DNA from: Candidatus Omnitrophota bacterium
Lineage (GTDB): Bacteria > Omnitrophota > Gorgyraeia > Tantalellales > Tantalellaceae
Direction: 5' to 3'
Assembly: GCA_014728075.1 (NCBI GenBank)
Contig: WJMG01000008.1
Span: 15,229-79,228 of the forward strand
Length of the DNA stretch: 64,000 nucleotides
Every line of letters begins with the position of its first letter. Position 1 is the stretch's first letter. Below are positions 9,093 through 17,370 of the stretch, piece by piece. A program made the translations under genes and the position numbers. The notes below the pieces were generated by a model, which was given only the letters and a program-made list of their open reading frames with translations, searched no databases and was not told where the DNA came from.

Positions 9093-9520
9093 AAGAGGGA
9101 TTACGGAGATTTATTGTAGATTACCGAAGATATATTCTAAGGATTAGGCTCAGGTTGTCAACCAGCCATGACCGTACCGCGTCGCGCGTACCGCACCTTT
9201 AGCCTTTTGCCCTTTGCCTTTTGCCTCTGGCCCGCCGAAGGCGGCGATCCGTAGCCTGAAGCTCAGATCCAGATCTGGATCTGAGATCCAGTAAGCCCCT
9301 GGCGAGCAAAGACCATTTTTCAATCTTGATCTCAATCTCAATCTCAATCTCAATCTCAATCTATCTCCATTTTAGCTCTGACATTTGAAGGCTCCCCGGT
9401 CAATGGGCTATTGTCTATGGTCTATCGTCCATATAGCCCGAGTTCCCTTTCACCTTTTCACCCTTTCACCTTTTAACCCGCAGATAGATGAAATCTGATA
9501 TCTGAACCTGAAAGCTGAAT
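9093..9520. repeat. mosaic of short tandem repeats and small palindromes
   Basis: CGTACCG, CCTTTNG, AGATCY, ATCTCA (several tandem), TCTATNG, TTCACCY arrays; CCGCCGAAGGCGG hairpin. Confidence 0.8.
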
Positions 9521-9661
9521 TGGATCGAGCCTCCGCTTTTTTCATCGTGGTAGAAAATGGTCAGAAAAAAGTGGAAATCGCATATTGAGGACGGTCGCCG
9601 GTATCACTACAATAAAAATATGTAAGATGTATGCCAGGTAACCAATGCGGAGCAGCTTAGA

Positions 9662-10054
9662 ATGGAGATGGACAGAAAAAAGATCATGATAGTGGATGAC
9701 GACCATGAATTTCTGGACGAACTTAACGATCTTCTTGAAGCTTCAGGGTACGAAGTTGTCGAAGTAACGGATAACTCAAAAGTTGTTGCGACAGCTGCCG
9801 CGGAGAAGCCGGCCATTATAGTCATAGACCTTAAAATGTCGCCTAAAACCGGCTTTCAACTTTCCGAAGAGATAAGAAAGACACCCCCCATAGAAGATAC
9901 GCCCATCATCGCTATGAGCGCGTATTTCACCAGAGAAGAAGACCGGTTGCTTCGCCAGATATGCGGCATAAACACTCAGGTCAATAAACCCTTTAACCCT
10001 CTGGATATCATCGCGGCCATTGAAAGGGAACTCGATGGCGAAAAAGAGGGATAA
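9662..10054 (+). CDS. single-domain response regulator receiver
   Basis: IVDDD, IDLKM, IIAMSA, KPF. Confidence 0.9.
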   Translation: MEMDRKKIMIVDDDHEFLDELNDLLEASGYEVVEVTDNSKVVATAAAEKPAIIVIDLKMSPKTGFQLSEEIRKTPPIEDTPIIAMSAYFTREEDRLLRQICGINTQVNKPFNPLDIIAAIERELDGEKEG

Positions 10055-10055
10055 T

Positions 10056-10475
10056 ATGGAAGTTTCCCTTACGGATACTGTCTTCCGGTTATTTTTAGCC
10101 TGTCTTTTCGGGGCCGGACTCGGGTGGGAAAGGGAGAAAAAGGGCAGGAGCGCGGGTCTCAGGACACACATGCTGGTCTGTATGGGGGCGGCGCTTATAA
10201 TGCTTATATCGTTCCACATACAGGCAACGATGCGGGAGGTCAAAGCCGTGGACACTATCCGTATAGCCGCGGGAGTGGTCACGGGAATAGGGTTTCTGGG
10301 AGCCGGCACCATTATAAAGACGCCGGAGAACGCGAAGGGCCTTACGACGGCGGCCAGTATATGGATAAGCTCGGCGATAGGGCTGGCCATAGGAAGCGGC
10401 TATCTGGCGGGAGCCGGGATCGCCATGGTATTTTCCGTTAGCGTCCTGTACCTGCTGAAGAAAGTAGAGGGCTGA
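10056..10475 (+). CDS. MgtC/SapB family membrane protein (N-terminal domain only)
   Basis: GWERE...AGLRTHMLV, RIAAGVVTGIGFLGAG, GLTTAASIW. Confidence 0.92.
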   Translation: MEVSLTDTVFRLFLACLFGAGLGWEREKKGRSAGLRTHMLVCMGAALIMLISFHIQATMREVKAVDTIRIAAGVVTGIGFLGAGTIIKTPENAKGLTTAASIWISSAIGLAIGSGYLAGAGIAMVFSVSVLYLLKKVEG

Positions 10476-10505
10476 GCTTATAATGTAATACGGAGGGAGG
10501 AGAAC

Positions 10506-10724
10506 ATGCCTATAAGAAAAGCTCCGAAAGAGCTGAGAGATAAGCTTCCCGAAAGAGCGCAGGATATCTTCGTTAAAGCGTTCAATTCGGCTTACGATCA
10601 ATACAAGGATCCGGCTAAACGCAGAGGAGACCAGTCCCGCGACGAGGTCGCCAGAAAGACCGCCTGGAGCGCGGTAAAGAAAGAATATAAAAAAGGTGAC
10701 GACGGGAAATGGCATAAAAAATAA
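10506..10724 (+). CDS. chaB: ChaB family protein
   Basis: LPERAQDIFVKAFNSA, AWSAVKKEYKK..DGKW. Confidence 0.9.
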   Translation: MPIRKAPKELRDKLPERAQDIFVKAFNSAYDQYKDPAKRRGDQSRDEVARKTAWSAVKKEYKKGDDGKWHKK

Positions 10725-10776
10725 TGGTAGAGCCTGTTCGGGCTCGCTCCGGAGAAGGGTTATGCTGTAGGAGGGT

Positions 10777-11550
10777 TCAGGAATAACCGCCTTTTTCCTC
10801 TCTTTGCGAGGCGATACGCTTTTCTTCCCGGACCTCTTCATGGTGCTCCTCGTCGCCCTCGCGGCCCTTGTCCCTTTTTGAGAGTTTCTCGCTGGCATCG
10901 CCGCGCCCGTAACAGATAAGTTCGTCCCCTTCCTTTATTTCGGTATCTCTTTTCGGAACGCCTATGAATTTTGACTCCCCGTTCTCGAAACGGGTTATGG
11001 ACAGGATAATGGTGCCTTCCTCGTTGAGCTTGAGATCGCTTAATTTTTTTCCGCTCATCCAGCTGTCCTTTTTTACCGATATGCGGCAGATATTGTAACC
11101 CTTTTTCAGGCCGAGGATCTCCCTGTAGTCGTAGACCCTCAACGCCGTGAACCTTTCCAGGAACCTTTTGATGATCTTTTTCATGCCGTTGTAAACCAGC
11201 TTTGACCTGGCGAAGAAAAATATCAGAAGCAGCCCCAGTCCCATGAACGCGGCGCGTTTGGGGAGGGTCTGGCTGGAGCCCGAAAGAAAAGTGAGGACAA
11301 AAGTGGCTATGGAGGAAGATATCCCCGCGCTTCCCAGAAGGATCAGGACCCTTATTATCCGCCTCCTTACGGGATGCTTAAGCACGGTTTCCGATTCGGA
11401 AGTGGTAAAACCGGCACCGGAGAAAGCGGACTGGGCCTGGAAGGCAGCGACATCGTCCGAAAGCCCCGTCAGCTCCAGGGCCGCCGCGCCTATACGGATA
11501 ACGGTTATCGAAAGCAGTATTACCGCGAAAAAAGTGAAAAGCGCTATCAT
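10777..11550 (-). CDS. membrane protein with K+ pore-like segment and TrkA-C (RCK_C) domain
   Basis: AFQAQSAFSGAGFTTSESE; C-terminal GKKLSDLKL..ILSI.R..P...IKEGDELICYG. Confidence 0.8.
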   Translation of the reverse strand: MIALFTFFAVILLSITVIRIGAAALELTGLSDDVAAFQAQSAFSGAGFTTSESETVLKHPVRRRIIRVLILLGSAGISSSIATFVLTFLSGSSQTLPKRAAFMGLGLLLIFFFARSKLVYNGMKKIIKRFLERFTALRVYDYREILGLKKGYNICRISVKKDSWMSGKKLSDLKLNEEGTIILSITRFENGESKFIGVPKRDTEIKEGDELICYGRGDASEKLSKRDKGREGDEEHHEEVREEKRIASQREEKGGYS

Positions 11551-11723
11551 TTAATAATATCCTTTTTTGGGTCTTAACATTGCCGGAGGTCCATTACCTA
11601 TTATACAGGACGAGAAAGTGATTGAAAAACCAAAGGGGAATAAAGTCAATATAAAGTGGATGAAGACAATTGTCCGAAAACCGGTAATGGAAGACAATAG
11701 AAGAGAACCTTGAAGGAGGGAAT

Positions 11724-11969
11724 ATGAAACTTGATGTAAAGGCTTTAGCCCTGGCGGGAGGCATACTTTGGGCGGCGGGGATGTTCATCCTGACCTGGCT
11801 GGGAATACTGGGATACGGCAGTTCCGCCGCGGCGGAGATAGCCAGGTCCTACTATGTAGGATACACCGTAACGCCTGTGGGAAGTATCGTGGGCGCGGCA
11901 TACGGATTCATAGACGCCGGTATAGGGTTCGGTCTTCTGGGTTATTTATACAACAGGCTGGCCGGATAG
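11724..11969 (+). CDS. small two-helix membrane protein (family often auto-annotated as holin-like)
   Basis: AAGGAGG RBS; MKLDVKALALAGGILW..GY..TPVGSIVG..YGFID. Confidence 0.65.
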   Translation: MKLDVKALALAGGILWAAGMFILTWLGILGYGSSAAAEIARSYYVGYTVTPVGSIVGAAYGFIDAGIGFGLLGYLYNRLAG

Positions 11970-11999
11970 AACACCCGGCCAGAAGACAAAGGGGGAAAC

Positions 12000-12392
12000 A
12001 TGTTCCTTGATATATTTCTGTTCCTTGTTATAGCGGGGTTTCTGACCATACTTTTCGCGGGAGTGTTCAGGAGAGTGGGGCCATGGGAAAGCGTTTTCGC
12101 CTTTTTCATCGTTCTCTTTCTGGCGATCTGGGCCATAAGCCTCTGGCTGGCCCCGGCCGGGCCTGTTTTTCTGGGCGTTTACTGGTTCCCCGTTATTATC
12201 ATAGGGTTCATACTGGCGCTTCTGCTGGCGGCTTCGGCGCCCCCGAGGCCTCCGAGAACGGCGGAAGAGGCGGTGGAAGAAGCGGAAAAAGAAGCCGCGG
12301 CGGAAAGGTCCATAGACGCGCTTTTCTGGGTGCTTCTGGTAATACTGCTTCTCGCTATACTGGGACGGGGATTCGTCTGGCCCGGAGCTTAA
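12000..12392 (+). CDS. hypothetical multi-pass membrane protein
   Basis: Four hydrophobic segments; GGGGG RBS. Confidence 0.7.
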   Translation: MFLDIFLFLVIAGFLTILFAGVFRRVGPWESVFAFFIVLFLAIWAISLWLAPAGPVFLGVYWFPVIIIGFILALLLAASAPPRPPRTAEEAVEEAEKEAAAERSIDALFWVLLVILLLAILGRGFVWPGA

Positions 12393-12447
12393 GACAGCGC
12401 CGTCATACGGGTCCTGAATTAAACGAAAAGGTCATAAGGAGGACAAG

Positions 12448-12882
12448 ATGAGGATAACAAGCCCGGCTTTTGAGCACGAAGGAACGATACCTTTCGAATA
12501 TACCTGTAACGGAAAAGATATAAATCCGCCTCTCGGCATAGAAGAGGTGCCTAATGTGGCCAGGTCCCTCGCGCTCGTAGTGGACGATCCGGACGCCCCT
12601 AACGGTGACTGGGTACACTGGGTGGTATTCAATATCTCGCCGGAAACCCCCGAAATAGCCGAAAACAGCGTTCCCGGGGAGGAGGCATCCAACGATTTCG
12701 ACAGAAGGTCTTACGGGGGCCCCTGTCCCCCGTCGGGTACGCACAGGTATTTTTTCAGGCTGTATGCCCTGGATACCGAGCTGGACCCGGAAAAAGTGTC
12801 CGGGCGGCATTCCCTTGAAAAAGAGATGGAAGGACATATCGTCGCCCGGAGTGAACTGATGGGGAAATACGGGAAAGAATAA
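12448..12882 (+). CDS. YbhB/YbcL family PEBP (Raf kinase inhibitor-like) protein
   Basis: DDPDAP..WVHW, YGGPCPPSGTHRYFFRLYALD. Confidence 0.93.
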   Translation: MRITSPAFEHEGTIPFEYTCNGKDINPPLGIEEVPNVARSLALVVDDPDAPNGDWVHWVVFNISPETPEIAENSVPGEEASNDFDRRSYGGPCPPSGTHRYFFRLYALDTELDPEKVSGRHSLEKEMEGHIVARSELMGKYGKE

Positions 12883-12909
12883 AGGGGCTAAAGGGCAGGG
12901 GGAAAGAGA

Positions 12910-13185
12910 ATGGCAAACAAAAGAGTTCGCGCGAACATAGAGGGACATGTCCAGGGAGTGTTTTTCAGGTCCAGGGCCCGTGAGAAAGCGGAATCCCTGG
13001 GGATAAACGGATGGATAGAGAACAGGCCCGACGGGCGTGTGGAAGGGGTTTTTGAGGGCGAGGAAGAGCTGGTGGACGAGATGGCCGGCTGGTGCAGGAA
13101 AGGCCCGTCCACGGCTGAGGTCAATAAGGTTGATCTAAGGGAAGAAAAGTACGAAGGCGACCTTCAGGGGTTTGAGATAAGGTAA
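12910..13185 (+). CDS. acyP: acylphosphatase
   Basis: GHVQGVFFR, GWIENRPDGRVE, GP.TAEV. Confidence 0.92.
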   Translation: MANKRVRANIEGHVQGVFFRSRAREKAESLGINGWIENRPDGRVEGVFEGEEELVDEMAGWCRKGPSTAEVNKVDLREEKYEGDLQGFEIR

Positions 13186-13241
13186 GCCGGCTATACTGCC
13201 CGCTTACGCAAGTATCATGCGGAAAAAGAAGGGAGGCGAAG

Positions 13242-13535
13242 ATGCCTGAATTTGGTAACCCTTTCGCCGGATCGGCGAAAGAGAAAAAGGTAACGGAACA
13301 GGAACTGATAAGAGCGGTAAGGTTCTCTATAGCGGCCGAATACGAAGCTATACAGCTTTACATGCAGCTGGCCGAATCTACCGACAACGAGCTAGCGAAA
13401 AAAGTGCTTAAAGATATCGCGGACGAGGAAAAAGTCCATGTCGGGGAGTTCTTGAGGCTCTTAAAAGAACTGGCGCCTGACGAAGAGGAGTTCTACAGGA
13501 AGGGAAAAGAAGAAGTGGAAGAAGAGTTCATGTAA
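13242..13535 (+). CDS. short ferritin-like/rubrerythrin family di-iron protein
   Basis: AEYEAIQLY and DIADEEKVHVGEF di-iron ligands. Confidence 0.85.
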   Translation: MPEFGNPFAGSAKEKKVTEQELIRAVRFSIAAEYEAIQLYMQLAESTDNELAKKVLKDIADEEKVHVGEFLRLLKELAPDEEEFYRKGKEEVEEEFM

Positions 13536-13553
13536 GGAAAGGACCTGAGGAAC

Positions 13554-14171
13554 ATGTTCGAGGACAGAAAGGACGCGGGGACGCGCCTGGGACAGGCGCT
13601 CGCGGAATATAAAGGGACAGGCGCGCTCGTGCTGGCCATTCCCCGGGGAGGAGTTGAAGTGGGGTATTATGTCGCGCGGGAGCTGGAGGCGGAGTTTTCG
13701 GTGATAATAACGAGGAAACTTCCTTTTCCCGACCAGCCCGAAGCCGGTTTCGGGGCGATCGCCGAGGACGGAAGTGTTTTTATCATGGAAGGAGCCCTTA
13801 AATGGGTAGACCCTGACAGTGTTGAAAGGATAACCCGCCGGCAGAAAGAAGAGATCGCCAGGAGAAAAGAGGTCTTCAGGGGAGGGGAAGATATTCCGCC
13901 TCTGGAAGGCAGGCACATCATCCTCGTGGACGACGGCATAGCCATGGGCTCCACGGTAAGGGCATCACTGTTGATGCTGAGGAATTGCGGGGCGGGCAGG
14001 GTCACCGTGGCCTCTCCCGTGGCCGGGCCTTCGGTGGCCTCTTATGTTAACGAGATCGCTGACGAACTGGTAGTGCTTGAGAAACCGCACGATTTTTCGG
14101 CCGTTGCGCAGGTATACCGTAACTGGCACGATGTGACGGACGAGGAAGCTTCGGCTTTTCTGGAACAATGA
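13554..14171 (+). CDS. phosphoribosyltransferase family protein
   Basis: MFEDRKDAG, LAIPRGG, PRPP loop ILVDDGIAMGST, AVAQVY. Confidence 0.9.
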   Translation: MFEDRKDAGTRLGQALAEYKGTGALVLAIPRGGVEVGYYVARELEAEFSVIITRKLPFPDQPEAGFGAIAEDGSVFIMEGALKWVDPDSVERITRRQKEEIARRKEVFRGGEDIPPLEGRHIILVDDGIAMGSTVRASLLMLRNCGAGRVTVASPVAGPSVASYVNEIADELVVLEKPHDFSAVAQVYRNWHDVTDEEASAFLEQ

Positions 14172-14233
14172 ATAAAGGAGCAGAAGAAAAAAGAACAGTT
14201 AAGAACGATCAGGCAAGACAAAAGGGGGATATA

Positions 14234-14593
14234 GTGAAAATAAGGATCTTAATATTGATGGCGTTTTGTATTGTTGCCCTGGTCGGATATCCTGCCTTCA
14301 GTGAGGACGGAGCGCGGAATATCCTGGAAAAAGGGCTTCTGGGCGCGGGAGCCGGCGCGGCCGGAAGCGCGGCCGGCGGAGGAGATGCAGGCACGGGAGC
14401 CCTCGTGGGTGCCGGTGTGAATATAGTAGGTGACGCTCTGGTGGATTCCCTGAGCGGACAAAAGGTGGATTCCGTTTCACGGGTAAGGCGCCTCACCCCT
14501 GAGCAGGCCTATTCCCGGGGATATAATGAAGGATATAATAACGGGTTCAAAGAGGGGTATACGAGCGGATACCAGGAAGGTGTGAAAGAATAA
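14234..14593 (+). CDS. secreted glycine-zipper protein with C-terminal GYxxGY repeats
   Basis: GTG start after GGGGG; signal peptide; GAGAGAAG..GALVGAG; YNEGYNNGFKEGYTSGYQEG. Confidence 0.7.
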   Translation: MKIRILILMAFCIVALVGYPAFSEDGARNILEKGLLGAGAGAAGSAAGGGDAGTGALVGAGVNIVGDALVDSLSGQKVDSVSRVRRLTPEQAYSRGYNEGYNNGFKEGYTSGYQEGVKE

Positions 14594-14642
14594 GCCGGTG
14601 TTTTCAGCGGGAACCCGGCGGTATAAAAGGAGGAGCATGGCC

Positions 14643-15386
14643 ATGGTTGCTTTAAGAAGCGTGAACGAGGTGATAGGATACAACATAAACGCGCTTGACG
14701 GGGAGATAGGGAAAATAACGGACCTCTATTTCGACGACACCCAGTGGATCGTGCAGTATTTCGTCGTCGATACCGGAAGCTGGCTTTCCGGCAGGAGCGT
14801 ACTCATTTCCCCCGTGACGGTCGCCGGAGAACCGGACTGGCGGAAGCAGGAAGTATCTCTACTTTTGAACAGGGAAATGGTGGAAAAAAGTCCGGACATC
14901 GACACGGAAAAGCCCGTTTCCAGGCAGAAAGAGCTGGAGATAATGAAATATTACAGGTGGCCCGTATACTGGGGAGAGCCTTTTAACGGTCCGGTCGGGG
15001 ACATTCCTGCCGAGTACTACGAAAAACAGCTCATACCTGAAGAGGAAGAAGGACAGTCGCATCTCAGGAGCGTGAAAGAAGTGGAAGGATACAGGATACA
15101 CGCCCGGGACGGAGAGATCGGACATGTTAAGGATTTTATAGCGGAAGACGCCCAGTGGAACCTCCGCTATCTTATAGCGGATACCGGGACCTGGCTTCCC
15201 GGCAGGAAAGTGCTTATAGATCCTCTCTGGCTGGAGAGCGTCGACTGGTCCATGAAGGAAGTAAAAGTGACGCTTTCCAGAGAGGAAATAAAGAACAGCC
15301 CTCCGTACGATCCGTCGGAACCGATCAATCGGGATTACGAAGGAAAGCTGTACGATTATTACGGACGGCCTGAATATTGGAAATAA
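14643..15386 (+). CDS. tandem PRC-barrel domain protein
   Basis: Two repeats of LRS..EV.GY.I.A.DGEIG.V.D...W..RY..DTG.WL.GR.VLI. Confidence 0.88.
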   Translation: MVALRSVNEVIGYNINALDGEIGKITDLYFDDTQWIVQYFVVDTGSWLSGRSVLISPVTVAGEPDWRKQEVSLLLNREMVEKSPDIDTEKPVSRQKELEIMKYYRWPVYWGEPFNGPVGDIPAEYYEKQLIPEEEEGQSHLRSVKEVEGYRIHARDGEIGHVKDFIAEDAQWNLRYLIADTGTWLPGRKVLIDPLWLESVDWSMKEVKVTLSREEIKNSPPYDPSEPINRDYEGKLYDYYGRPEYWK

Positions 15387-15410
15387 ATATCCGTAAAAAA
15401 GGAGGACAAA

Positions 15411-15599
15411 ATGAAAGCTATAGTTGATAAGGACACCTGTATCGGCTGCGGGCTTTGCCCGGAAGAAAGCCCGGCCGTGTTCAGGATGGACGGGGACAAG
15501 GCGGTCGTGCACACAGATCCGGTGCCCGAAGAGGCGGAGGAAAGCTGCCGGAGGGCGGCCGACAAGTGCCCCGTTGACGCGATAAGCGTCAAGGGATGA
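15411..15599 (+). CDS. single-cluster ferredoxin (paralog of 3334-3519)
   Basis: CIGCGLC..CPVDAI; shared VH.DPVPE.AEESC..AAD.CPVDAI. Confidence 0.9.
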   Translation: MKAIVDKDTCIGCGLCPEESPAVFRMDGDKAVVHTDPVPEEAEESCRRAADKCPVDAISVKG

Positions 15600-15655
15600 G
15601 AAGGGGCGCAAAAAAAGAAAAGGAAAAGAAAAACAATAACTAAAGGAGGATCAAG

Positions 15656-16123
15656 ATGAAGAAACTTGTGACGATCATGCTGGTAGCGGCTTTCGCGGCG
15701 ACTGCCCTGCCGGCTCAGGCGGCTTTCGCCAAAGGCTATTACGGGTGTAAGGACAAGGACCATAAAATGGACCTGGACGACAAGTTCTATAAGAAGGCGT
15801 CGTTTATTCTCAAGAACCAGGACGAGCTGGGCCTTTCCGACGCCGAGATCGACAGGGTCAAGGCGCTCAAGATCAAGACAAAGAAGTTCATGATAGACCA
15901 GAAAGCCAAGATAAAGAAAATAAAGGTCGATATCTGGGCGGAGCTCATGGAGGATGACACGAACATCGACAAGGTGAACGGGCTTATTGACGACAAATAC
16001 GACCTCAAGGCTGAAAAGGCCAAATACCTGGTCAATTCGTATGTGGTCCTTAAGAATACTCTTACGGACGACCAGATGAAAAAGATGAAAGCGCTCTGGA
16101 AGAAAGAGAAATGCGATTATTGA
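15656..16123 (+). CDS. periplasmic Spy/CpxP-like helical protein
   Basis: Signal peptide; ELGLSDAE and LTDDQ (LTxxQ-like) motifs. Confidence 0.7.
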   Translation: MKKLVTIMLVAAFAATALPAQAAFAKGYYGCKDKDHKMDLDDKFYKKASFILKNQDELGLSDAEIDRVKALKIKTKKFMIDQKAKIKKIKVDIWAELMEDDTNIDKVNGLIDDKYDLKAEKAKYLVNSYVVLKNTLTDDQMKKMKALWKKEKCDY

Positions 16124-16285
16124 TCACGGGCTCTTTTTAGAGCGTTAAAGTGATAAAAGCGCCGGGGTAGAGGTGCGTTAGCTTCTAGCCCGGCGCTTTA
16201 AATAATCAGGAAAGGCTCGAGGCAAAATGATAAAGGCGAACTTCCTGTCCGGGACCGAAGTGCACCGGTCCCGGACAGCGTTGTG

Positions 16286-16321
16286 GGGGACAGGTACCGC
16301 CTTGTTTCCGTACCCGGTACA
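16286..16321 (+). repeat. 36-bp REP-like repeat, copy 2
   Basis: GGGGACAGGTACCGCCTTGTTTCCGTACCCGGTACA. Confidence 0.85.
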
Positions 16322-16346
16322 AAAGTTAGCGAAAGGGAGGTTCAAA

Positions 16347-16853
16347 ATGGCAAAGATAGCCGTTATACTTGAAGACATGTTCGAGGACAGTGAATATACC
16401 GAGCCCGTAAAGGCCTTCCGTGAAGCCGGACACGAAACGGTGAATGTGGGCCTTGAGGAGGCGAAGGAGGTGAAAGGAAAAAAGGAAGGTACCCCCGCCA
16501 CGATAGACCGGGCCCTCGGCCAGGTGAACAGCGGAGACTACGACGCGCTTCTCATACCCGGCGGGTATTCTCCAGACAAATTGAGGGCCCATGAGAGCCC
16601 GATTGAATTCGTTAAAGGTTTTATGGACGAGGGAAAGCCTGTCTTTTCGATCTGCCACGGCGCGCAGCTTTTGATATCGGCCGATGCGCTGAAAGGGAAA
16701 AAAGCCACCGGCTGGAAGTCCATAAAACAGGATATCAAGAACGCAGGCGCGGAATATCTTGACCGGGAGGTCGTGGAGGACGGCAATCTGGTCTCAAGCC
16801 GGCAGCCTCAGGACCTTCCCGCGTTTATAAAAGCCTCCCTGTCGAAGCTGTGA
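16347..16853 (+). CDS. pfpI: PfpI/DJ-1 family (type 1 glutamine amidotransferase-like) protein
   Basis: FEDSE, YDALLIPGGYSPDKLR, ICHG nucleophile, SSRQPQDLPAF; GGGAGG RBS. Confidence 0.92.
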   Translation: MAKIAVILEDMFEDSEYTEPVKAFREAGHETVNVGLEEAKEVKGKKEGTPATIDRALGQVNSGDYDALLIPGGYSPDKLRAHESPIEFVKGFMDEGKPVFSICHGAQLLISADALKGKKATGWKSIKQDIKNAGAEYLDREVVEDGNLVSSRQPQDLPAFIKASLSKL

Positions 16854-17050
16854 GGGGTCTTCGGGAGGGGACAGGTACCGCCTTATTTCCGTACCCGGTA
16901 CAGATTCTCATTCTGTCAGGAATCCTTATTCTGGCCGTGCTCATTTCCGGATGCGCGCCCCGGCACCAGGTATATAAAGGCAAGTCCGACAAAAGGATAG
17001 ACCAGTACGCCGGTGACGGGGAGACCTATGACCCGGAGATAGTTGAATAG
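16850..17050 (+). CDS. small putative lipoprotein
   Basis: GTGA overlap with pfpI stop; hydrophobic stretch ending in lipobox ISGC. Confidence 0.55.
   Translation: MRGLREGTGTALFPYPVQILILSGILILAVLISGCAPRHQVYKGKSDKRIDQYAGDGETYDPEIVE
16867..16902 (+). repeat. 36-bp REP-like repeat, copy 3 (inside lipoprotein ORF)
   Basis: GGGGACAGGTACCGCCTTATTTCCGTACCCGGTACA, one mismatch to copy 2. Confidence 0.85.
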
Positions 17051-17331
17051 GCCGGGCTGCCGTGATGGGCATGAAATTTTGAAAAAAGCGATATGTTATC
17101 GGCAGACATGTGAATATCGCTTTTGAACCAATATTTTGGCAAGCGGGGTATGTGAGGGGAGGAAACGGCTGAACGAAGTGAAGGCGTTCCCTTGCCCCCG
17201 CCTGACATATCTTGTGGCGGGCGGGAAAAATGTATTTTTCTAAGAAAGACACAAGATATGTCAGCATGAAATAGATAAACTCTTGTTAACGCGGGGTTTT
17301 ATCTATTTCATTAACCAAATATTTAAGGCAC

Positions 17332-17363
17332 AAAAAAAGGCTCATACATTTCGTATGAGCCTT
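17332..17363 (-). terminator. intrinsic terminator of tRNA-Met
   Basis: AAGGCTCATAC/GTATGAGCCTT hairpin followed by T-run on minus strand. Confidence 0.75.
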
Positions 17364-17370
17364 AAATATT

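Noticed and set aside
9150-9359. ORF with MRLRLRLRL start
   Set aside because: It is a translation of the ATCTCA hexamer array.
11724-11969. Prophage lysis module
   Set aside because: No endolysin, structural or integrase genes nearby; the context is stress genes.
13242-13535. Encapsulin nanocompartment system
   Set aside because: The ferritin-like protein has no C-terminal targeting peptide and no encapsulin shell gene is in the window.
16286-16902. CRISPR array from the 36-bp repeats
   Set aside because: Copies are hundreds to thousands of bp apart and in both orientations; no spacer periodicity and no cas genes.
17202-17264. NrdR boxes
   Set aside because: Only a partial match to the consensus, arranged as an inverted pair, with no nrd gene downstream.
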